Numbered from the stretch's first letter, positions 41,412 to 50,233 are shown. The stretch: 64,000 bases of DNA from an uncultured Desulfatitalea sp. (GCA_963668675.2 CAXXMB010000002.1:2400001-2464000), one strand, 5' to 3'. A program made the numbers and translations. The notes: generated by a model from the sequence alone, not told the origin.

Positions 41412-41444
41412 GAAACGGGTGACCTCCTTTCGATAAATCGCCGA

Positions 41445-41473
41445 AGAATAGCGCGCCGTGGACAGGCTGTCAA
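41445..41473 (-). promoter_or_regulatory. Sigma70-like promoter for the YkgJ gene
   Basis: TTGACA-17 nt-TATTCT. Confidence 0.65.
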
Positions 41474-41499
41474 CGAAAGCCTGCCGAACATTTGGGGTG

Positions 41500-42372
41500 T
41501 CAGGGTGGGCAGGCGAATTCGCCGAGCACTGTGGTGAGGGCTTCCGGTATGCGGGCAATCAATTCGGCAATTTGGGTGGCCGGACTGGGATCGGCGAGCT
41601 GGCCGCTGCGGCGATTGGCTCGGGCTGCCAGTTCGGCTGCCTGCGCCGGTGCGTAGCCGGCACCGCACAGCACGGTCAGCAATCCGGTCAACGTGTCGCC
41701 GGTGCCCCCGATGGCTTCCATGGCGTCGAAACCGGGATGGTCGACGGTGGCCGTGATACGATTTGCTTCGGTGATGTAGTCGGTGGCGCCTTTGACCAGC
41801 AGATGGCGGGCCGCATTGCCGTGCTCATAGGCACGCTGGATCAGCTCCGGCACCTTGTTTTGCTCGTGCAGGATGAATCCCCGGGTGTAGAAGGGATGCG
41901 GCGCAGTTTCATCGGCCAGGAAGGCCAGCTCGCCCGCGTCCGGCGTGAAAAAATCGTAGGCTGGTGCCTGACCGCTCATCTTGGCGGCATACATGAAGCC
42001 GGCGTCGGCAATGAGCAGCGGACGTTGCGGCAGGCGGTCGATAGCGAACATCACCCGGTTGTGCCAGTCCACATCGGGCTGAAGGTAATGAAAGGTCAAC
42101 ACCTGGAAGTCCCACTGATCCAGTTCGTTCTCAAGAAATCGGTATAGACAGCGGCTGCCCTCTCCTTTGCCGATATCTCCTACCAGAATGGCATGAATTT
42201 CAGGTGTGTCTATCTGTTTGCCGGCGTTGAGCGCGGCGCCTATCAGCGCGGGGGTACCGCGATTGACTGCAATGCGCCGGCCGTCGATTTGCAGATGATC
42301 CCCACTCCAATGCACTGGGCCGTGGGTCAGTGGAAAGCTTTGATCCGGGACGGTACCGATAATACCTAACAT
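41500..42372 (-). CDS. Ribokinase-like/NAD(P)HX-dehydratase-like protein
   Basis: IADAG, TPD.GEL, LLVKG..D and anion-hole GGTGDTLTG motifs. Confidence 0.8.
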   Translation of the reverse strand: MLGIIGTVPDQSFPLTHGPVHWSGDHLQIDGRRIAVNRGTPALIGAALNAGKQIDTPEIHAILVGDIGKGEGSRCLYRFLENELDQWDFQVLTFHYLQPDVDWHNRVMFAIDRLPQRPLLIADAGFMYAAKMSGQAPAYDFFTPDAGELAFLADETAPHPFYTRGFILHEQNKVPELIQRAYEHGNAARHLLVKGATDYITEANRITATVDHPGFDAMEAIGGTGDTLTGLLTVLCGAGYAPAQAAELAARANRRSGQLADPSPATQIAELIARIPEALTTVLGEFACPP

Positions 42373-42929
42373 TGTCGTTGCAACTCCTCGTAGGCCAGTT
42401 CCAGGGCATACCCGCAAAGGGTATGCCCCAGATCTCTCGGACGGGGCGCTTCAGCCAAGGTTTTGCCGACCATCTGCTGGGCGAGGTAAGGCACATCTGG
42501 ACAACCGCCGCCCGAGATGTTGACGATGGTGAGCGTCTCTTTGGCAATGGTGATTTTCATGTTGGCCGCCCGCACCATCAAATAAGCACCATAGTCTTTG
42601 GTGTGAAACAGGTCGACGGGCATGAGCAGCGGAGCGGTTACCGGTACGATGTTCAGAGGGGGGACCTCGGCGATGTGCAGTTCCCGGACGATATTGAGCT
42701 CCTCGATCAACGGGAATTCGATCACCAGGTCACACCCGCTTTGAATCTCCGCCGGCGGTCCCATGACCCGCACGGTCCAACCGGCCTTTTTAAGGACACT
42801 CTCCGCCTGAATCACCTCGCTGGTATGTTCGAACACCAGAATCCCACGGTCCGCTTGTGCGCATTGGTTTTTTCGCCGCTCACGGGAAATGGGCTCCGCC
42901 TGCTTGTTTCGCTTAAAAAGACCGAACAC
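42366..42929 (-). CDS. DUF3343 domain protein with C-terminal extension
   Basis: LVF.HT..VI.AE..LK..G...VM.PP.EI.SGC; extra GGGCPD and TLCG motifs. Confidence 0.8.
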   Translation of the reverse strand: MFGLFKRNKQAEPISRERRKNQCAQADRGILVFEHTSEVIQAESVLKKAGWTVRVMGPPAEIQSGCDLVIEFPLIEELNIVRELHIAEVPPLNIVPVTAPLLMPVDLFHTKDYGAYLMVRAANMKITIAKETLTIVNISGGGCPDVPYLAQQMVGKTLAEAPRPRDLGHTLCGYALELAYEELQRQC

Positions 42930-42931
42930 CC

Positions 42932-43153
42932 CTACGAATCCTTCGTGATGGCGATGCGGTAGCCTTCACCCGCCGGAACCACATCTCCGATCCGGCATCC
43001 CTGGCTGGTGGCGGCCCGCACCACGTTCTCTTTGGACGTGTCGGTATCCACGAGTACGACGATCTCTTTGTCCTGGCCGCCTCTGATTTCATCCAACGTC
43101 ATGATCACCGGCTGGGGGCAGGAGAGCCCTCTGGCATCGACGGTTGTGGTCAT
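42932..43153 (-). CDS. TusA/SirA-family (YedF-like) sulfur/selenium carrier
   Basis: VDARGLSCPQPV...VLVD...ENV. Confidence 0.92.
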   Translation of the reverse strand: MTTTVDARGLSCPQPVIMTLDEIRGGQDKEIVVLVDTDTSKENVVRAATSQGCRIGDVVPAGEGYRIAITKDS

Positions 43154-43164
43154 TGCACACCTCC

Positions 43165-44256
43165 TTATACACTTTTTTTCTTCATGGTGAAGCCGATAAA
43201 CAGACAAACCACAAGGCCGATAACGACGGCGGCGATGCCGTGCGGACCGACCCCCTTGGGCGAACTGGCCAAGCCGAAGTTGTGCGCGAATCCGGCCCCC
43301 ACGATCATGCCCATGACGAATACGGCGGCATCGCCGTCCCCTTCGCCTGCCAGAAAAAGCTGCCGTCCGGGACAGCCGCCGGCCAATGCAAAGGCCAGCC
43401 CGGCCAGCGCCATGCCGGCGAAATTCCAGATGTGCATGGTGTGGGCCACTGGCTGACCGGTGAAGCCCGGTTTGAATTGGCCCAGGATCAAATTGGTCAC
43501 GAAGGCAAACACGACCAAGGCAATGAAGCCGGAGAGCAAGTGGGTCTGTCCGAACAGCACGGTGTCACGAATGGCGCCCATGGTGCAGAATCGACTGCGC
43601 TGGGCCAGAAAGCCGATGGCCAATCCGACAACCAGGGCCAGCAGCAACGTCGCGTGCATGGCACCGGGCCCTTTGAGGCTGTAGAATAAAACCCCGCTTT
43701 TGGCTTGGCCTTCCAGTTGCGGAAAAATTAGTATCAACACCAGAAATCCCACCATGATGAGCGGCAGCATCCACCCCACGGCGGCGTGGGTGGCCTGGGT
43801 GCGTCCGAGGTTGTACCCCTTTTTCAAAAAGAGGGTGCCGATCCAGATGCCGAACGTCAACCCCAGTAATCCCAGGATGGCATTGCCGTCTCCACCGGCC
43901 AGACGCAGCACGGCCCGCCAGGGGCAGCCTAGGAATACGAGGGCGCCGATCATTGCAAAGGCCCCCAGCACGAATCGAACGATGGGCGCCGATCCGACCC
44001 GGGGCCGGTACTCCTTGAAAAGGTAAGCGGCGATCAGCGATCCGACCACAAAGCCGATAATCTCCGGGCGCATATACTGCACCACCGCGGCCCGGTGCAG
44101 GCCCAGGGCGCCGGCGATGTCGCGCTCGAAACAGGCCACGCAGATCCCCATGTTGCCCGGATTGCCCAGTTTTTGCAGCAACGGGGCCAGAATCCCGATC
44201 ACGGCGCCGACCCCGATAATCCCCCAGCGCGTCGCAAAAATGTTTTTCCCTTGCAT
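43165..44256 (-). CDS. yedE: YedE/YeeE-family membrane protein, selenium-associated subtype
   Basis: GNPGNMGICVACFERDIAGALGLH..A.VQY.RPEI, LGCPWR, SRFC, GGCP.RQL. Confidence 0.88.
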   Translation of the reverse strand: MQGKNIFATRWGIIGVGAVIGILAPLLQKLGNPGNMGICVACFERDIAGALGLHRAAVVQYMRPEIIGFVVGSLIAAYLFKEYRPRVGSAPIVRFVLGAFAMIGALVFLGCPWRAVLRLAGGDGNAILGLLGLTFGIWIGTLFLKKGYNLGRTQATHAAVGWMLPLIMVGFLVLILIFPQLEGQAKSGVLFYSLKGPGAMHATLLLALVVGLAIGFLAQRSRFCTMGAIRDTVLFGQTHLLSGFIALVVFAFVTNLILGQFKPGFTGQPVAHTMHIWNFAGMALAGLAFALAGGCPGRQLFLAGEGDGDAAVFVMGMIVGAGFAHNFGLASSPKGVGPHGIAAVVIGLVVCLFIGFTMKKKSV

Positions 44257-44354
44257 CAGTTCAACCTCCTTTGTTGTCATTCCAATTCAGTTTCATCTTC
44301 GTACATGTAAAGAATGCGACCGCCCCTTTCCCAATGTCATGGTGATCGTCTTTC

Positions 44355-45122
44355 CTATGTTGTTGAGGCCGACTCCATGGCCAGCAGGGCCGCTCCCAAA
44401 GCGCCGGCAAATTGCGCCTGATCCGAAAAGAGAATGGTCCGCCCCAGTTTCCGCTCCAGTAGAATTCGGAGACAGGGGTTGTTGGCCACGCCGCCGGTAA
44501 AGACGATTTCTCCGTCGGCGGCCACCCGCTGGACCATGGCCGCCACCCGGCGCATGACACCAGCATGAAGGCCCAGGGCAATTTCCCGTCGGTTCTGGCC
44601 TTTTGCGATCAGGGAGGTGACCTCCGACTCGGCGAAAACCGTACACATGCTCGAGATGGTCAGCTCCTTTTTCGCCATCAAGGCTTCTTCGCCGAAGACT
44701 TCGATCTCATAGCCCAGGGTGCGGGCCATGATTTCCAGGAACTTTCCGGTACCTGCGGCGCAGCGGTCGTTCATTTCAAATTTCTTAACTTTGCCGTTGT
44801 CCGACAGAGCGATGGCTTTGCTGTCCTGGCCGCCGATGTCCAAAACGCTGCGGGCCTCAGGATAGAGGGCTCGTGCTCCGCGGGCGTGCGCCTTGATTTC
44901 GGTCACCGTGGGGGCATCGAAGGAGATTTCGAAAAGGGTGCGGCCGTAGCCGGTGGCCATGATGCGTTCGAACCGGTGCCCGTCGAGTAATTTTTCGGCG
45001 TCGGAGCCGGGGTCGAAGCCGGTGTCTGTTTTCGAACGGTGGGTCACCGCTCCGGAAGAATTAACGGCCACCAGTTCGATGGTGCGCGACCCGATGTCGA
45101 TGCCGGCATAAGAGGAACCCAT
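44355..45122 (-). CDS. ATP-dependent [4Fe-4S] activase (HgdC/BadG family; DCCP-R-like)
   Basis: GIDIGSRT, ATGYGR, DIGGQDSK, MNDRCAAGTG.F, CTVFAESEV. Confidence 0.93.
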   Translation of the reverse strand: MGSSYAGIDIGSRTIELVAVNSSGAVTHRSKTDTGFDPGSDAEKLLDGHRFERIMATGYGRTLFEISFDAPTVTEIKAHARGARALYPEARSVLDIGGQDSKAIALSDNGKVKKFEMNDRCAAGTGKFLEIMARTLGYEIEVFGEEALMAKKELTISSMCTVFAESEVTSLIAKGQNRREIALGLHAGVMRRVAAMVQRVAADGEIVFTGGVANNPCLRILLERKLGRTILFSDQAQFAGALGAALLAMESASTT

Positions 45123-45129
45123 TGTCGCT

Positions 45130-46410
45130 TTACCCTTTAATTTGCTCGATAAACGCTTCCACGCGGGTTTTCAGCTGGCCGATATCCTCCATGCCGTAAT
45201 CGGTTTCGATGCGCAGACAGGGAATGTTTTTCTCCTCCAGCGCCCTCTCCACCAGGATCGATTCCATGATATAGGGTTGGCAGAACTGCAACCCGTAGTG
45301 AATGACGCCGTCGGCTTTGTAGGCGGCAACCATCTCTTCAATATGGGCCAGGCGGTCGGAGTTGGGCGTGAAGATGGCACAATCCACCTGGTAGTAACGG
45401 TCCACGATGGCCTCGATCATCGCTTCCACCGTTTGGCCCGACTCGGCGGTGAGGTTGCGGGTGCCCCGTTCGCCGACGCACGACTCTTCACCCACGATGA
45501 CGGCGCCCGATGTCTCGACGATCATGGGCAGTTTCCAGTTGGGCACGGCCTGGGGGCAGCCTGAGACGAGGATGCGAGGGGTGCCGGTTGGAAAGACACC
45601 GATATTGTCCTGAATTCGCTTTTCGAGTTCGTCACAGATTTTGTTGACCGAATCGGTAAAACGTTCCGGGTTGTCGTAGAAGAAAACCTGGTTGGCCAGG
45701 AGGGCGTCGAGGCCCGAGATGGGGGCCGGGTCCGCCTGGCGCAGGGATAGGAGCCGGTGAATGGCGGCCCGTTTGGCGTTGACCGTATGGATGGCCTTTC
45801 GAAGGGATTCTGGAGTGATCGGTACGCCGGTAAGCTCTTCCAACGCAGCCTTGAAGCGAAGATACTCCCCTTTTAACAGGGCCCGGCCGGTTTCCGATTT
45901 GACCTGGGGCAGGTCCATCACGTAGAGGTTGTCGACCAGTAGGCCCAACGACTCATACGCTTTCTTCTTGCCGTCGCAGGTGTTTTCACCCACGATCATA
46001 TCTGCGCTTTCCAAATAGGGGCACACTTTGCCCAGTTTGAACCCGAAGGAGGATTTGATCAGTGCGCAGGTGTTGCGCGGTAGTAGTCTTTCCACCTCTT
46101 CCATGGCAAAATCGGCCCCCGAGCAGAGGCCGACCAGGGTGGCATTGGCGGCCAGGACGAGTTCTTCGGGTACGAAGACGCAGTAGGAGCCGACGATTTT
46201 TCGGCCGGCGGCCTTCTCGTCCATCAGCTCTTTGATGCGCAGGCCGTGCACTTCGCTCATGACGAAATCGAAGTAGCTCATACCTTCGGGGCGAGCTTTT
46301 TGGGAAAGGAAGGTCTCCTGGTAAGCATTGCCCAACACCCCCAGCAAGACATCGTGGGCATCCAGGTCCAGGCCCAGATCGGTCCACATGGAACGGTAAT
46401 TCTCACTCAT
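45130..46410 (-). CDS. Double-cubane cluster protein (DCCP-like; HgdAB/FldBC superfamily)
   Basis: R..GM.YFDFVMSEVHGLRIKEL, YCVFVPEE, GLC, PRNTC, TCDGKKK, EESC.G.R, C..FTPN, QFC.PY, IETDY. Confidence 0.85.
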   Translation of the reverse strand: MSENYRSMWTDLGLDLDAHDVLLGVLGNAYQETFLSQKARPEGMSYFDFVMSEVHGLRIKELMDEKAAGRKIVGSYCVFVPEELVLAANATLVGLCSGADFAMEEVERLLPRNTCALIKSSFGFKLGKVCPYLESADMIVGENTCDGKKKAYESLGLLVDNLYVMDLPQVKSETGRALLKGEYLRFKAALEELTGVPITPESLRKAIHTVNAKRAAIHRLLSLRQADPAPISGLDALLANQVFFYDNPERFTDSVNKICDELEKRIQDNIGVFPTGTPRILVSGCPQAVPNWKLPMIVETSGAVIVGEESCVGERGTRNLTAESGQTVEAMIEAIVDRYYQVDCAIFTPNSDRLAHIEEMVAAYKADGVIHYGLQFCQPYIMESILVERALEEKNIPCLRIETDYGMEDIGQLKTRVEAFIEQIKG

Positions 46411-46521
46411 TGATTGGTTCTCCCTTCACGAAGCGTTTTGGTTTGCATGTGTGATCACCGTCTATATTTTCAAACCAGGCCGATGAATTAGGGGCGGACA
46501 GGATATTGTCCGGAAAAAGAG

Positions 46522-46551
46522 AGGATATCAAATTGATTTATTTGATATCCT
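46522..46551. promoter_or_regulatory. Perfect 12-bp AT-rich inverted repeat (terminator or operator)
   Basis: aggatatcaaat-tgattt-atttgatatcct; followed by ctctttttcc on the minus strand. Confidence 0.6.
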
Positions 46552-46589
46552 TTAAGGCCTGACATAGGGACGGCAAATGGCCATGAAAG

Positions 46590-46901
46590 TTAAGAGCAGC
46601 AGTTATTGGACGACCCGCATCCGTTGCAGCCGCAGGACAACTGTATAGACGATGAGATATTGAATCCGGATTCGGAAAAATCGATTTCAATGGGCTGGGC
46701 CTGTGTCAGAAACGCATTGTCCACCAGGTATTCGACACCCGCAAACTCGAAGGTTGCATCGTCGGGCCGCTTTTCGTCGAGGGCGAGCGCGATTTGCTGG
46801 CCGTTGCAACTCGTGTTCAAAAAAACCCGAATCGGTTTGATCTCGTTCTCCTCGAAATATTTGGCGATCTGTTCCTGAGCCTTTTCCGTTACATTCAGCA
46901 T
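46590..46901 (-). CDS. HesB/IscA-like protein, Cys form
   Basis: ML.VTE.A...I..YF....PIRVFL.TSC.G..IALALDE...D...PI.IDF...C..CGS...C. Confidence 0.85.
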   Translation of the reverse strand: MLNVTEKAQEQIAKYFEENEIKPIRVFLNTSCNGQQIALALDEKRPDDATFEFAGVEYLVDNAFLTQAQPIEIDFSESGFNISSSIQLSCGCNGCGSSNNCCS

Positions 46902-46979
46902 GAGGTCTTCTCCTTTAACGATGTTTCAACCATAGGGAAGTGTTATGGTTCGGTCGGTTTGAATTGAAGTACGCTTCTC

Positions 46980-47468
46980 TTATTGGGTATCGCCCACCAA
47001 TCCGCAGAAAACATGCCGCAGGTCCCGTTGGGTTGCGTTTGTGAGAGGATCGAAATCGTCCTCTTCGGCAGCGGCCTCCGTGGCAAGTTGACGTTTTCGG
47101 GGGTTCGGTGTGCATGTCGACAATTCACTGCAGCGATCCTGGATCTGTTCAACGGTCAATTCGCGGTTGTTTTCGATCCATCGGTGGCAGTCGTCGTGAC
47201 TGCCCAAATAGAGCAGGAAGAGGCGTTGACCGCTCTTATAGGTAATCAGGCGGTATCCGCTGCCCAGGTTGTACTTCATTACACCCTTGATTCGCAGTTC
47301 GCCATGTTTGGTCACCGTGCCCAGCCGGTCCGGTACGATCCGGCCATGCTGCAAGCGGTCAATGATTTCCTCGGCTTTGGTGGCGGCCAGGGATGCTTTT
47401 TTGCCCGAACGTCGGAGCAGTTCCAATCCTTTGTTGATTTTAGGGTCGACATAAACTTTTGTAATCAT
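46980..47468 (-). CDS. Hypothetical protein with a RelE/ParE-like N-terminal domain
   Basis: KY.LGSGYRLI.......LFLLYLGSHDD resembles the RelE-superfamily C-terminal sheet. Confidence 0.6.
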   Translation of the reverse strand: MITKVYVDPKINKGLELLRRSGKKASLAATKAEEIIDRLQHGRIVPDRLGTVTKHGELRIKGVMKYNLGSGYRLITYKSGQRLFLLYLGSHDDCHRWIENNRELTVEQIQDRCSELSTCTPNPRKRQLATEAAAEEDDFDPLTNATQRDLRHVFCGLVGDTQ

Positions 47469-47539
47469 AATGCGTTACCGTGAACTGTTGAAATGCTGTG
47501 ATACCCCGGGCACCACTGTTGCGGCTGCTGTCGGATCGG

Positions 47540-47974
47540 TCATTCGATAACCGTCTCGACCGATGTTTTGATCATCCGCCTGGCCGGTCCGAGTGCCGTT
47601 ATTGCTTCGGTGACCGTTCGGGCCGTGGCGGCGAACTTGGTGGATTCGGCCGACGAGATCCAAGAGAACTGGAGGCGCCCCTCTTCCACTCCTAAATACT
47701 CCAGAAGGTTTTTCAACAGAGTGAATTTTCTGCGGGCGTAGTAATTGCCCTCGATATAGTGGCAATCTCCGGGGTGGCATCCGGATACCCATATGCCGTC
47801 GGCGCCGCTGCGCAGGGCGGCAAGAATGAATTTGGGGCTGATGCGACCGCTGCAAGGCACCCGTATAACACGGATGTTGGGTGGGTATTGCAGGCGGCTG
47901 ACACCGGCCAGGTCGGCGGCCCCGTAGGTACACCAGTTACAGAAAAAAGCGATAATTTTAGGTTGCCATTCCAT
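47540..47974 (-). CDS. mvhD: MvhD/FlxD-type [2Fe-2S] subunit
   Basis: FFCNWCTYGAADLAG, RVPCSGR, GCHPGDCHY..GN. Confidence 0.92.
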   Translation of the reverse strand: MEWQPKIIAFFCNWCTYGAADLAGVSRLQYPPNIRVIRVPCSGRISPKFILAALRSGADGIWVSGCHPGDCHYIEGNYYARRKFTLLKNLLEYLGVEEGRLQFSWISSAESTKFAATARTVTEAITALGPARRMIKTSVETVIE

Positions 47975-48428
47975 GTGAAATTCTCTCTTTTGCGGCCTCG
48001 CTGTCGCACCGCCCTCTGGCAGGGATTGAGGACGGCCCCAGGCGGCGGATGGTTTCGGTCATTTCAGTGGCGATTTCTGCAAAACGCGGTCCCATTGCGG
48101 AGCTTAGATTGAACATCTGCACCCTTTCGGGTTCCAAACCGACGGAGGCCAATGTTTTCTGAACCGCGGCAACCTTTTTCTTCGTTCTCAGATTACCCTC
48201 TATAAAATGGCACTCGCCTTCAAGACAGCCGGCTACATTGACGCCGTCGGCGCCGTCTTCGATGGCCCTGAGCAGGTGGAGCTTGTCGACACGGCCACTG
48301 CACGGCACCTGGATGATCTTGACGTTGGCCGGGTAGTTGAGCCGCATGCTGCCGGCCAGATCTCCGGCAGCATATGCACAATATTTGCAGCAAAAAGCCA
48401 GGATTCGGGGCTCGAAGGTATCAGGCAT
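47958..48428 (-). CDS. mvhD: Second MvhD/FlxD-type [2Fe-2S] subunit, all-Cys form
   Basis: FCCKYCAYAAGDLAG, VPCSGR, AGCLEGECHF.EGN; GAGGAGG RBS before ATG at 48428. Confidence 0.92.
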   Translation of the reverse strand: MPDTFEPRILAFCCKYCAYAAGDLAGSMRLNYPANVKIIQVPCSGRVDKLHLLRAIEDGADGVNVAGCLEGECHFIEGNLRTKKKVAAVQKTLASVGLEPERVQMFNLSSAMGPRFAEIATEMTETIRRLGPSSIPARGRCDSEAAKERISHGMAT

Positions 48429-48569
48429 ATTTGCCTCCTCAGTTAGCATGACCGCTACATTCGATTTTTTTTCTGAGTATGAAAGTATGAAAGCGAAGGT
48501 GTTCCGTCTAATTCGTGACAGGACTACCTCGGTGCATTTCAATATATTGAGGGAGCATTCTTTAACTTT

Positions 48570-48723
48570 GATGAAATCGTAAAAAGTCGGCAATTCTTCT
48601 GTACCGTCATTCCGGCGAAAGCCGGGCACGCAGTGAAGCCTTGGCGCTATCCGGTTTTTCAATGACTTCTGGATGCCCGACCATGTCCGGCATGACGGGT
48701 GGGAGATTTTTTACGATTCCATC
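48570..48723. mobile_element. 154-bp MITE-like element with 6-bp target-site duplication
   Basis: TIRs gatgaaatcgtaaaaagtc / gattttttacgattccatc (17/19 match); AACTTT on both sides (48564-48569, 48724-48729); internal cgtcattccgg...ccggcatgacg palindrome. Confidence 0.85.
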
Positions 48724-48748
48724 AACTTTCCTACTTTCCTACTTTTAG

Positions 48749-50077
48749 TTATTTAAACGGATCCGGCGTTCCGGGCTCGCCGGGCAGCCATACCCCCTGT
48801 AGATCTTCACCCAAATACTCCCGTTCGTTTTCGGCCAGGCATCCCAGAGAGAGGGCGATGATGGTCCACATATGGGTGACATGATAGTTGCCGCCGTAGT
48901 GGTCGGCCAACTCGTGGATCTGTGCGTGGCAGTTGTGGCAGGGGGTCAGGCAGTAGTCGGCATCGGTGGCGATGATCTGGTCGAATTTGATCTTTCCGTA
49001 TGTGAAGCGCGCTTCGGTGTAGCCCGATTGGAGATAGCCGCCGCCACCGCCACAGCAGTAGTTGTTGGATTTGTTGGGCTGCATATCGACAAAGTTCTCT
49101 TCGCCCACACACGCTTTGACCACATAGCGCATCTTATCGGCCTGTTCGTCGCCATAACTTTTGCGAATCTGGTTGCAGGGATCTTGCACGGTGAATTTGA
49201 TCTTGAGATCTTTGTTCCAAGCGGAGCTGACCTGCAGCTTTCCGGACTTGATCCAGTCATAGTAGTAGGCCACCATCGGGGCGATCTCCAACGGGGAGTC
49301 GAGGCCGTAGCGTTTGTTGGCCTGCCAAACAGAAAAGGTGGAGTGGCCGCATTCGGTATTGAGATAGACCTTGCATCCCAAATCTTCGGCCCGTTTCAGG
49401 GTGTTCGAGGCTAGTTTTTTCCAGTTCTCGTCATCGGCCAGAAACATGCAGTAATTTTCGCCGCCCCAGCCCTGGTTGCTGTAGGTCCAATCCACACCGG
49501 CCAGATGCAGAATTTTCCACAATGGGACCATTTCGTCCGGCTCCGTGACCGGTTCACGGGAGTTCTGGCTGACAAAAAAATGGGCCCCTTGCTTTTCCAG
49601 GGGCGCCTGCAGATTCTCCCACCCCGGCTGGGTCTCACGGACCTCTTCGAGCACATCCTCCACCACGAAAGTGAAATCTTCGGGTGGGGTGCCCATGGCG
49701 CTGCCGCTCTCATTGCGCAGGGCCATGTCGCACGACCCGAGAATGCCTTTGGGGCGCTCTCCGCGCGGCCACAGCTTGCGGGCTTCGAACACCAGCCCCG
49801 CGATGTTGATCTCCATCGGACAAACATAGGTACAGCGGTTGCACATGGAGCACATCCACACCCACGGATGTTTGCTGATCTCCTCGTCCATGCCGAGAGC
49901 GACCATGCGCAGAAATTTGCGCGGGTCCATGCCCTCCAGTCCTGTGGCCGGGCAGCCTGAGGCGCATGCACCGCAGGTGAGACAGAGGTTGAGGTTTTCG
50001 CCTTTGGGGATCAGGTGGCTAACCCGGTCGAGAAATCGTTCGCCCTTCTCTTTCTTGAGCGTAATGGCCTGGGTCAT
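48749..50077 (-). CDS. HdrC/HdrD-like Fe-S oxidoreductase (ferredoxin + CCG domains), Cys form
   Basis: CLTCGACASGCP, CSMCNRCTYVCP, NTECGH, QDPC, CCGGGGG, PCHNC; AAGGAG RBS. Confidence 0.9.
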   Translation of the reverse strand: MTQAITLKKEKGERFLDRVSHLIPKGENLNLCLTCGACASGCPATGLEGMDPRKFLRMVALGMDEEISKHPWVWMCSMCNRCTYVCPMEINIAGLVFEARKLWPRGERPKGILGSCDMALRNESGSAMGTPPEDFTFVVEDVLEEVRETQPGWENLQAPLEKQGAHFFVSQNSREPVTEPDEMVPLWKILHLAGVDWTYSNQGWGGENYCMFLADDENWKKLASNTLKRAEDLGCKVYLNTECGHSTFSVWQANKRYGLDSPLEIAPMVAYYYDWIKSGKLQVSSAWNKDLKIKFTVQDPCNQIRKSYGDEQADKMRYVVKACVGEENFVDMQPNKSNNYCCGGGGGYLQSGYTEARFTYGKIKFDQIIATDADYCLTPCHNCHAQIHELADHYGGNYHVTHMWTIIALSLGCLAENEREYLGEDLQGVWLPGEPGTPDPFK

Positions 50078-50233
50078 AAACAGAACTCCTTTCCGCGCCC
50101 GCGACGCGATATCGTATTCGGAAATGTTTCCCTGCTCGACCCGGTAACCACGGGTGGTGACGGTCAAATCGATGCTTTTGTACGCATCACGGCATTTGCG
50201 GCAAAGATGCGATGCGATCGATGCTGAAGGGTG

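Noticed and set aside
48429..48662. N-terminal extension of the MvhD ORF
   Set aside because: It runs through the MITE and repeat arm; a strong RBS supports the ATG at 48428.
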